This document shows, in pieces, positions 43,101-52,860 of a stretch of 64,000 nucleotides of DNA (positions within the stretch are counted from its first letter, which is position 1; every line of letters starts with the position of its first letter). Source of the stretch: Eledone cirrhosa (Eukaryota); contig OZ024740.1 in NCBI GenBank assembly GCA_964016885.1, positions 27,466,001 through 27,530,000 of the forward strand. The letters are read 5' to 3'. Both the position numbers and the translations under genes were made by a program. A model generated the notes under the pieces. The model had not been told where the DNA came from, searched no databases, and saw only the letters and a program-made list of their open reading frames with translations.

Positions 43101-44200
43101 TCAGCCTATGAAAGAGTGATGCTAAACAGTGTAATCTTGTCTGCAGTAATTTCAACACGTATTAATAACTGTATTGTTTCTTTCCAGGGACTATGTTGGA
43201 AAATAAACTTCATTAGTTCATTCCACGAGAGTATCTCGGTCAGCCTATGAAGGAGTGATGCTAAAGCTGTGTAATCTTGCCTGCAGTATTTTCAACTCTT
43301 CTTATTAATTACTGTTTTATTTCTTTCAAGGGACTATGTTGGAAAATAAACTTCATTTGGTCATTCGATGAGAGTAACTTGTTCAGCCTATGAAGGAGTG
43401 ATGCTAAAGCTGTGTAATCTTGCTTGCAGTAATTTGAACTCATCTTATTAATAACTGTATTGTTTCTTTCCAGGGACTATGTTGAAAAATAAACCTCATT
43501 TGATCATTCCATGATAGTATCTTGTTCAGCCTATGAAGGAGTGATGCTAAAGCTGTGAAATCTTGCATGCCGTAACTCTTCTTATTAATAACTGTATTGT
43601 TTCTTTCCTGGGACTATGTTGGAAAATAAACTTCATTTCGTCATTCCATGAGAGTATCTCAGTCAGCCTATGAAGAAGTGATGCTAAAGCTGTTTAATCT
43701 TGCATGCCGTAATTTCAACTCTTCTTATTAATAACTGTATTGTTTCTTTCCAGGGACTATGTTGGAAAATAAACTTCATTTGGTCATTCGATGAGAGTAT
43801 CTTGTTCAGCCTATGAAGGAGTGATGCTAAAGCTGTGTAATCTTGCTTGCAGTAATTTGAACTATTCTTATTAATAACTGTATTGTTTCTTTCCAGGGAC
43901 TATGTTGAAAAATAAACCTCAATTGATCATTCCATGATAGTATCTTGTTCAGCCTATGAAGGAGTGATGCTAAAGCTGTGAAATCTTGCATGCCGTAACT
44001 CTTCTTATTAATAACTGTATTGTTTCTTTCCTGGGACTATGTTGGAAAATAAACTTCATTTCGTCATTCCATGAGAGTATCTCGGTCAGCCTATGAAGAA
44101 GTGATGCTAAAGCTGTTTAATCTTGCATGCCGTAATTTCAACTCTTCTTATTAATAACTCTATTGTTTCTTTCCAGGGACTATGTTGGAAAATAAACTTT
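40100..44200. repeat. Satellite HOR domain 6: 13-mer (1836 bp) containing a duplicated 423-bp trimer
   Basis: gagtatgtttttcagc at 40831 and 42667 (1836 apart). cctgggac at 40358, 41771, 42194, 43607, 44030 (spacings 1413 and 423 alternating). Confidence 0.85.
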
Positions 44201-45597
44201 ATTTGGTCATTCCATGAGAGTATCTAGGTCAGCCTATGAAGGAGTGATGCTAAACTGTGAAATCTTGCATGCAGCAAATTCAACTCTTCTTATTAATAAC
44301 TGTATTGTTTATTTCCAGAGACTATGTTGAAAAATAAATCTCATTTGGTCATTCCATGAGAGTATCTTGTTCAGCCTATGAAGGAGTGATGCTAAAATTG
44401 TGAAATCTTGCATTTAGTAATTTCAACTCTTCTTATTAATAACTGTATTGTTTCTTTCCAGGGACTATGTTGGAAAATAAATTTCATTTGGTCATTCCAT
44501 GAGAGTATCTCGTTCAGCCTATGAAGGAGTGATGCTAAAGCTGTGTAATCTTGCCTGCTGTAATTTCAACACTTATTAATAACTGTATTGTTTCTTTCCA
44601 GGGACTATGTTGAAAAATAAACTTCATTTGGTCATTCCATGATAGTAGTTTGTTCAGCCTATGAAGGAGTGATGCTAAAGCTGTGAATCTTGCTTGCAGT
44701 AATTCCAACACTTCTTATTAATAACTGTATTGTTTCTTCCCAGGGTCTATGTTGAAAAATAAATCTCATTTGGTCATTCCTTGAGAGTATCTTGGTCAGC
44801 CTATGAATGAGTGATGCTAAAGCTGTGAAATCTTGCTTGCAGTAATTTCAACACTTCTTATTAATAACTGTATTGTTTCTTTCCAGGGACTATGTTGGAA
44901 AATAAACCCTCATTTCGTCATTCCATGATAGTATCTTGGTCAGCTTATGAATGAGTGATGCTAAAGCTGTGAAATCTTGCATGCAATCATTTCAACTCTT
45001 CTTATTAATAACTCTATTGTTTCTTTCGAGGGACTATGTTGGAAAATAAACTTCATTTGGTCATTCCTTGAGAGTATCTTGGTCAGCCTATGAGAGAGTG
45101 ATGCTAAAGCTGTGAAATCTTGCTTGCAGTAATTTCAACACTTCTTATTAATAACTGTATTGTTTCTTTCCAGGGACTATGTTGGAAAATAAACTTCATT
45201 TGGTCATTCCATGAGAATATCTTGGTCAGCCAAATTACATCGCAAGATCTGTGCAATACACATTCCTTGTTCTGATGTGGCTCATTCTTGAAGCATTCAC
45301 CTTCAAATTGGCGCTCCAAAGAAATAGTCGGGTTTATTGTTTTACATCATATCCTTTATCTCCGCACTGGAGCTTCACCCTAATGTGAGATATTCGCATC
45401 GTATTAGCGCTGATTGCTGTTGGTGGTGTATTTCTTAATCATAATGACATTAGTTGCATCAATGGACCAGTGATAGTGGTTCTGTATTGTTGGTAGCGTT
45501 GATGCTGTTAGTAATGGTGCTCCCTCCTGTAGATTGCAGTGGCGTGAAACCCGAGTCACGAGAAAAGGATTTCAGCTTAAGTAAACAATATATACAA

Positions 45598-45932
<335 letters not shown>

Positions 45933-46007
45933 AGGCTGCAAATTCATGCATGCAAACATACAACTGGCGTACATTCATAGATCTATGAGAAGATACACAA
46001 ATAGTTG

Positions 46008-46360
<353 letters not shown>

Positions 46361-46547
46361 GGGGAACGGGGGGAAGGGGAGAGGGGGTAGGATGGAAAGA
46401 GATGATAGATAAGGTAGAGATGGATTAAGGATGAAGTTGAGAAGGAGAAGCCATCGTTTAATATAATAAATTCCTCACAACAGATAAGAAATCAGATTAA
46501 TACATTAGCTAAAAACTTAATTTAATTTGAGAGACAAGGGGGTAGTT

Positions 46548-49260
46548 TGGTGGTCGTGTGGTGGCGTGGTGGTGTAGTGGTGTGGTGGTGTGGTGGTGTG
46601 GTGGTGTGGTGGTGTGGTGGTGTAGTGGTGTGGTGGTGTGGTGGTGTGGGGATGTGGTCGTGTGGTGGTGTAGTGGTGTGTAGGTGTGGTGGTGTGGTGG
46701 TGTGGTGGTGTGGTGGTGTGGTGGTGTGGTGGTGTGGTGGTGTGGTGCTGTAGTGGTGTGGTGGTGTGGTGGTGTGGGGATGTGGTCGTGTGGTGGTATA
46801 GTGGTGTGGTGGTGTGGAGGTGTGGTGTTGTAGTGGTGTGGTGCTGTGGTGGTGTGGTGGTCTGGTGGTGTAGTGGTGTGGTGGTGTAGTGGTGTGGTAT
46901 GGTGGTGTGGTGGTGTGGTGGTGTCGTGGTGTCGTGGTGTAGGTGTGTGGTGGGGTAGTGGTGTGGTGGTGTGGTGGTGTGGTGGTGTAGTGGTGTAGTG
47001 GTGTAGTGGTGTAGTGATGTGGTGTTGCGGTGGTGTAGTGTTGTAGTGATGTGGTGGTGTGGTGGTGTAGTGGTGTGGTTGTGTAGTGGTGCGGTGTGTT
47101 GGTGTGGTGAGGTGGTGTTGTGGTGTAGTGGTGTGATGGTGGTGTGGTGTAGTGATGTAGTGGTGGTGTAAGGTGTGGTGGTGTGGTGGTGTGGTGGTGT
47201 GGTGGTGTAGTGGTGTGGTGGCGGTGTGGTGGTGTGGTGGTGTAGTGGTGTTGTGGTGTAGTGATGTGGTAGTGTGGTGCTGTAGTGGTGTGGTGGTGTA
47301 GTGGTGTAGTGGTGTAGTGACGTGGTGGTGTGGTGGTGCGGTGTGGTGGTGTAGTAGTGTGCTGGTGTAGTGGTGTAGTGGTGTAGTGTTGTGGTGGTGT
47401 GGTGGTGTAGAGGTGTGTTGGTGTGGTGGTGTGGTGGTGTAGTGGTGTGTTGGTGTGGTGGTGTGGTGGTGTGGTGGTGTGGTGGTGTAGTGGTGTGGTG
47501 TGGTGGTATGGTGGGGTGGTGGCGTCGTGGTGTGGGGGTGTGGGGTGTGGGGATGTGGTGATGTGGTGTTGTGGTGTTGTAGTGGTGTGGTGGTGTGGTG
47601 GTGTAGTGGTGTAGTGGTGTAGTGATGTGGTGGCGTGGTGGTGTAGTGGTGGTGTCGTGGTGGTGTAGTGGTGTAGTGGTGTTGTGGTGTAGTGGTGTCG
47701 TGGTGTAGTGCTGTGGTGGTCTGGTGATGTAGAGGTGCGGTGGTGCGGGGGGGGGGTAGTGGTGTCGTGGTGTAGTGGTGTAGTGATGTGGTGGTGTGGT
47801 GGTGTAGTGATGCGGTGGTGTGGTTTGGTGGTGTGGTGTGGAGTAGTGATGTGGTGGTGTAGTGGTGTGGTAGTGGTGTGGTGGTGCTGTGGAGGTGTGG
47901 TGGTGTAGTGATGTAGTGGTGTGGTGGTGTAAGTTGTGGTGGTGTGGTGGTGTGGTGGTGTGGTGGTGTAGTGGTGTGGTGGTTGTGTGGTGGTGTGGTC
48001 GTGTTGTGGTGTGGTCGTGTAATGGTGTAGTGATGTGGTGGTGTGGTGGTGTGGTGGTGTATTGGTGTGGTGTGGTGGTGTAGTGGTGTGGTGGTGTAGT
48101 GGTGTAGTGGTGTAGTGATGTGGTGATGTGGTGGTGTGGTGGTGTGGTGGTGTAGTGATGTGGTGGTGTGGTGGTGTAGTGGTGTGGTGGTGTAGTGGTG
48201 TAGTGGTGTAGTGACGTGGTGGTGTGGTGGTGTGGTGGTGTGGTGGTGTGGTGGTGTAGTGGTGTGGTGTGGTGGTGTAGTAGTGTGCTGGTGTAGTGGT
48301 GTGGCGTGGTGGTGTGGTGGTGTGGTGGCGTCGTGGTGTAGGGGTGTGGGGTGTGGGGTGTGGGGATGTGGTGGTGTGGTGGTGTGGTGGTGTGGTGGTG
48401 TATTGGTGTGGTGTGGTGGTGTAGTAGTGTGCTGGCGTAGTGGTGTAGTGGTGCGGGAGTGTGGTGGTGTGGTGGTGTAGTGGTGTGGTGGTGTGGTGGT
48501 GTTGTGGTGTAGTGATGTGGTGGTGGGGTGGTGTAGTGGTGTGTTGGTGTGATGGTTTGGTGGTGTAGTGTTGTGTTGGTGTGGTGGTGTATTGGTGTGG
48601 TGTGGTGGTGTAGTAGTGTGCTGGTGTAGTGGTGTAGTGGTGCGGGAGTGTGGTGGTGTGGTGGTGTAGTGGTGTGGTGGTGTAGTGGTGTGGTGGTGTG
48701 GTGGTGTGGTGCTGTAGTGGTGTGGTGGTGTGGTGGTGTGGGGATGTGGTCGTGTGGTGGTGTAGTGGTGTGGTGGTGTGGTGGTGTGGTGATGTAGTGG
48801 TGTGGTGGTGCGAGGGTGTGGGGGTGTAGTGGTATGGTGGTGTAGTGCTGTAGTGGTGTAGTGATGTGGTGGTGCGGTGGTGTTATGGTGTAGTGGTGTA
48901 GTGGTGTAGTGATGTGGTGGTGTGGTGGTGTAGTGATGTAGTGATGTGGTGGTGTGGTGGTGTGGTGGTGCGGTGGTGTGGTGGTGTTGTGGTGGAGTGG
49001 TGTAGTGGTGTGGTGGCGTGGTGGTGTGGTGGTGTGGTGGTGTGGTGGTGTTGTGGTGGAGTGGTGTAGTGGTGTGGTGGTGCATTGTTGTGTTGGTGTG
49101 GGGGTGTGAGGGTGTGGGGTGGGATATGGGGTGTGAGGTGTGGGGGTGTAGTGGTGTTGGTGTGGGGGTGTGGTGGATGTGTGTGGGGTGGGGTGGGGGT
49201 GTAGTGGTGTAGGAGTGTGGTTGTTTGGTGGTGTAGTGATGTGGTGGTGTGGTCGTGTAG
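46548..49260. repeat. Degenerate GT-rich octamer repeat (GTGGTGGT/GTAGTGGT)
   Basis: 8-bp periodicity, e.g. tgtggtgg runs at 46685-46740. Explains the HHHTTTPP-type ORF, since three 8-bp units make 8 codons. Confidence 0.92.
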
Positions 49261-49545
49261 TGATATAGTGGTGCGGTGGTGTTATGGTGTAGTGGTGTAG
49301 TGGTGTAGTGATGTGGTGGTGTGGTGGTGTTGTGATGTAGTGGTGCGGTGGTGTTATGGTGTAGTGGTGTAGTGGTGTAGTGATGTGGTGGTGTGGTGGT
49401 GTAGTGATGTAGTGGTGCGGTGGTGTTATGGTGTAGTGGTGTAGTGGTGTAGTGATGTGGTGGTGTGGTGGTGTTGTGATGTAGTGGTGCGGTGGTGTTA
49501 TGGTGTAGTGGTGTAGTGGTGTAGTGATGTGGTGGTGTGGTGGTG
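49261..49545. repeat. 72-bp unit (9 x 8-mer), ~4 copies
   Basis: gcggtggtgttatgg at 49273, 49345, 49417, 49489; an isolated related copy near 48874. Confidence 0.88.
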
Positions 49546-50505
49546 GTGTGGTGTTAGTGGTAGTAGTTGTAGTAGTTGTGTGACGTAGTGGTTGTGGTGG
49601 TGGTGTGGTGTGTTGTTAGTGGTAGTGGTTGTAGTAGTCGTGTGGTGGTGTGGTGGTGGTGGTGTGGTGTGGTGTTAGTGGTAGTGGTTGTAGTAGTTGT
49701 GTGACGTAGTGGTTGTGGTGGTGGTGTGGTGTGTTGTTAGTGGTAGTAGTTGTAGTAGTTGTGTGACGTAGTGGTTGTGGTGGTGGTGTGGTGTGTTGTT
49801 AGTGGTAGTGGTTGTAGTAGTCGTGTGGTGGTGTGGTGGTGGTGGTGTGGTGTGGTGTTAGTGGTAGTGGTTGTAGTAGTTGTGTGACGTAGTGGTTGTG
49901 GTGGTGGTGTGGTGTGGTGTTAGTGGTAGTGGTTGTAGTAGTCGTGTGGTGGTGTGGTGGTGGTGGTGTGGTGTGGTGTTAGTGGTAGTGGTTGTAGTAG
50001 TTGTGTGCCGTAGTGGTTCGGGTGGTGGTGTGGTGTGTTGTTAGTGGTAGTAGTTGTAGTAGTTGTGTGACGTAGTGGTTGTGGTGGTGGTGTGGTGTGG
50101 TGTTAGTGGTAGTGGTTGTAGTAGTCGTGTGACGTAGTGGTTGTGGTGGTGGTGTGGTGTGGTGTTAGTGGTAGTGGTTGTAGTAGTCGTGTGCCGTAGT
50201 GGTTGGGGTGGTGGTGTGGTGTGGTGTTAGTGGTGGTGGTTGTAGTAGTCGTGTGTTGTAGTGGTTGTGGTGGTGGTGTGGTGTGTTGTTAGTGGTAGTC
50301 GTTGTAGTAGTTGTGTGTCGTAGTGGTTGTGGTGGTGGTATGGTGTGGTGTTAGTGGTAGTGGTTGTAGTAGTTGTGTGACGTAGTGGTTGTGGTGTTAG
50401 TGGCGGTGGTTGTAGTAGTTGTGTGACGTAGTGGTTGTGGTGGTGGTATGGTGTGGTGTTAGTGGTGGTGGTTGTAGTAGTTGTATGTCGTAGTGGTTGA
50501 GGTGG
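49546..50505. repeat. 59/62-bp GT-rich minisatellite, ~16 copies
   Basis: ttagtgg at 49554, 49616, 49675, 49737, 49799, 49858, 49920, 49979, 50041, 50103, 50165, 50227, 50289, 50351 and onward. Confidence 0.9.
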
Positions 50506-50804
50506 TTGTTATGGCGATGCTTTTTTTTTAAATTTAAATGAGTTGTATTGATGATGTAACGTGGTATGAATGTATATACTGTCCATGTTGTGGTATGTAG
50601 TGCTGGGATGCCTTATTGTTAGTGGTGAGAGGGGCAGCTGTGTTACCATTGATGCGGAGCTGGTGTATTGTACTGGTGGTATTAAGGTGGTGTTGATATG
50701 GCTATCGTTTAACTCCATGTCCCTTTTGAGCAAACTGAGGATCAAAGGCATTTCAGCCGTGAGTATTCCGTGCTCTTAGCGGTGTAGAGATGGACTACCT
50801 TATC

Positions 50805-51854
50805 AAATGTTTTCTTTTTCGCCCACTTATTCTTGAGAGGTTCGTGGTGTGGAGTCCTTAAATACTCCTTCCAGCCGGTCCTGTCAGAATCAACCGTATC
50901 CAAGTGCATCTAGCCATGCCCATGGATGTTATCCAATCATCTTGCTCAAGATCTAACCCTGGGTTTCCTACCGGTAGGTTTTGTCCGCAAAATGTATGCA
51001 GTGATTCTTACCTGAGACATTCTAACCACTTGCCCATAGTATCGGAGCTGTGATCTCTCAATTTGGAGAAGTTACAGCCCCACCTCGAGTGACTCTCCAG
51101 CGATTCTTACCTGAGACATTATAACCACTTGCCCATAGTATCGGAGCTGTGATCTCTCAATTTGGAGAAGTTACAGCTCCACCTCGAGTGACTCTCCAGC
51201 GATTCTTACCTGAGACATTATAACCACTTGCCCATAGTATCGGAGCTGTGATCTCTCAATTTGGAGAAGTAGCAGCTCCACCTCGAGTGACTCTCCAGCG
51301 ATTCTTACCTGAGACATTATAACCACTTGCCCATAGTATCGGAGCTGCGATCTCTCAATTTGGAGAAGTAGCAGCTCCACCTCGAGTGACTCTCCAGCGA
51401 TTCTTACCTGAGGCATTCTAACCACTTGCCCATAGTATCGGAGCTGTGATCTCTCAATTTGGAGAAGTAGCAGCTCCACCTCGAGTGACTCTCCAGCGAT
51501 TCTTACCTGAGACATTCTAACCACTTGCCCATATTATCGGAGCTGTGATCTCTCAATTTGGAGAAGTAGCAGCTCCACCTCGAGTGACTCTCCAGCGATT
51601 CTTTCCTGAGACATTCTAACCACTTGCCCATAGTATCGGAGCTGTGATCTCTCAATTTGGAGAAGTAGCAGCTCCACCTCGAGTGACTCTCCAGCGATTC
51701 TTTCCTGAGACATTCTAACCACTTGCCCATAGTATCGGAGCTGTGATCTCTCAATTTGGAGAAGTAGCAGCTCTACCTAGAGTGACTCTCCAGCGATTCT
51801 TTCCTGAGACATTCTAACCACTTGCCCATAGTATCGAAGCTGTGATCTCTCAAT
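50805..51854 (-). mobile_element. 5'-truncated, decayed RTE-clade LINE (Rex3/Expander-like), C-terminal end of the RT-containing ORF
   Basis: Minus-strand translation ESLEVELLLLQIERSQLRYYGQVVRMSQ.RI, then YILRTKPTGRKPRVRS*AR*LDNIH, DSDRTGWKEYL and PRTSQE* (stop at 50827-50829, with frameshifts). This matches the recalled RTE C-terminal pattern VEPLLLHIERSQLRWLGHL.RM...PTGRRPRGRPRTRW.D...LLPPRP*. Confidence 0.85.
51003..51854. repeat. 99-bp minisatellite (~8.6 copies) derived from LINE coding sequence
   Basis: gattctt(a/t)cctgag starts at 51003, 51102, 51201, 51300, 51399, 51498, 51597, 51696, 51795. Exact 99-bp period, few substitutions. Confidence 0.97.
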
Positions 51855-52026
51855 CCAATTGTCTCTATTCGTTAGTTAAACATTTTGTTTCCAAGTCGCC
51901 TGAGTTCTGGATTTATCATACAAACTACCCATTTTTAAATGTCCATATTTCTATTAACATTTCGCTTCTTAATGTTAATATAAGTAAGTTTCGTTATCTA
52001 CGGATCTAAACATCATTTTGATAATG

Positions 52027-52215
52027 GTTTCTGATTTAAGCACAAGGCCAACAATGTTTTTGTCAGTGGGGGGGGGGGGGGGGGTCGATTACATCTACCA
52101 AGGTATGTTACTGGTACTTTATTTTATCGACCTCATAAGGTTGAAAGGCAAAGCTAACCTCGGTGATATTTGAACTTGTCCGAGGCTCTACCGGTACTGA
52201 CAATCCAGTACCCTA
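52027..52215 (-). mobile_element. Decayed tRNA-derived SINE (octopus-type), internal deletion in the tRNA-like head
   Basis: gcacaaggcc...poly-G...gtcgattacatc...actggtactttattttatcgacc...aaggttgaaaggcaaag..aacctcgg..atttgaac resembles the abundant octopus SINE as I recall it. B-box-like GTTCAAAT on the minus strand. Homologous to the adjacent copy. Confidence 0.7.
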
Positions 52216-52231
52216 CATCAATTTAATAACT

Positions 52232-52400
52232 GTTTCTGTTTTTGGCAAATGGCCAGCAAATATTTTTATCGACTTTGTAAGGATGAAATGCAAAGTTAAC
52301 CTCGGCGAGATCTGAACACAGAACGAAAAGGGAGTAACTATTTGTCGTAAAGCATGTTTTCGATGCTCTACCGACTGCGCCAATCCACTACGCTACTTCA
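52232..52400 (-). mobile_element. Second decayed copy of the same SINE family, retaining Pol III A and B boxes
   Basis: Shares tttatcgac...aaggatgaaa.gcaaag.taacctcgg with the first copy. Minus strand has an A-box-like TGGCGCAGTCGG (52371-52382) and a B-box-like GTTCAGATC (52309-52317). Confidence 0.72.
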
Positions 52401-52589
52401 GCTTAATAAGGGAAAAAAGTTATTTGCATTAATAAATTTCTGCAAATGTTTGATTATTTTCAAAATCATATGAAAAACACAGGCAGTGCCATTCATAGTT
52501 GGTAAGAAAATGGTTAAGGGAATATGGTGTTATTTGAAGGGATTGAAATATTATTTCATGAGAGTGGAGCGATCGTGTAAACATTTCCA

Positions 52590-52860
52590 ACTGTTGGTAA
52601 TACTGGCGATGTTTATGGTAAGTGTTAATGGCGGTATTAGTTGCTGTGTTGATAGTGTTAGTGATGTTTATAGTGTTGTTAGCGGTGTTAGATTTAGTTT
52701 GTTGTTGACAGTTTTAGTGGTGTTTGTTTTCTTGGTGGTGTATCTAGTGTTGGTGGGGGTGTTGGTGTTGGTGTTGGTGTTGGAGGTGTTCGTGTTGGGG
52801 TTGTTTGTTTCTCTGGCGGTGATGTTGGGGTGGAGTTGGTATTGGAGCTGGTATTGGTGA
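52590..52860. repeat. Degenerate GTT/GGT/AGT low-complexity flank of the 48-bp array
   Basis: Same trinucleotide vocabulary as the array but without the fixed 48-bp period. Confidence 0.7.

Larger units (their letters stand above)
1..45230. repeat. AT-rich satellite array, ~143-bp monomer (length variants 142/140/137 bp), about 320 head-to-tail copies; continues beyond the left edge
   Basis: Consensus ttgtttctttccagggactatgttggaaaataaacttcatttggtcattccatgagagtatcttgttcagcctatgaaggagtgatgctaaagctgtgtaatcttgcttgcagtaatttcaactcttcttattaataactgta recurs throughout (ccaggg at 555 and 698 = 143 bp). Variants: 3-bp deletion (caacacttatt), 1-bp deletion (gctaaactgtg), 6-bp deletion (gccgtaactc). Ends at ...cttggtcagc|caaattac, 45230. 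Confidence 0.98.

Noticed and set aside
1-45230. CRISPR-like or other repeat-spacer array
   Set aside because: The whole monomer is homologous between copies, with no unique spacers and no cas genes, and the context is eukaryotic.
471-45319. Recurrent 60-71 aa ORFs (..LASLLHRLNKILSWNDQMKFIFQHSPWKETIQLL..) as a small-protein family
   Set aside because: They are translations of satellite monomers. The 143-bp unit breaks frame, starts are mostly non-ATG, and they appear only where chance variants remove stops.
46509-49085. 858-aa His/Thr/Pro-rich (extensin- or histidine-rich-protein-like) ORF
   Set aside because: The underlying period is 8 bp, so the peptide cycles through all frames; the C/A-rich strand lacks stops for compositional reasons.
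50509-50779. Short overlapping ORFs of 80 and 69 aa
   Set aside because: No recognisable motif; they lie in GT-biased spacer DNA and have lengths expected by chance.
51171-51754. Functional 33-aa repeat protein gene
   Set aside because: The units derive from a decayed LINE, some contain stops, and there is no gene context.
52300-52395. tRNA gene
   Set aside because: A/B-box-like motifs are present, but I could not form a cloverleaf and they adjoin SINE body sequence.
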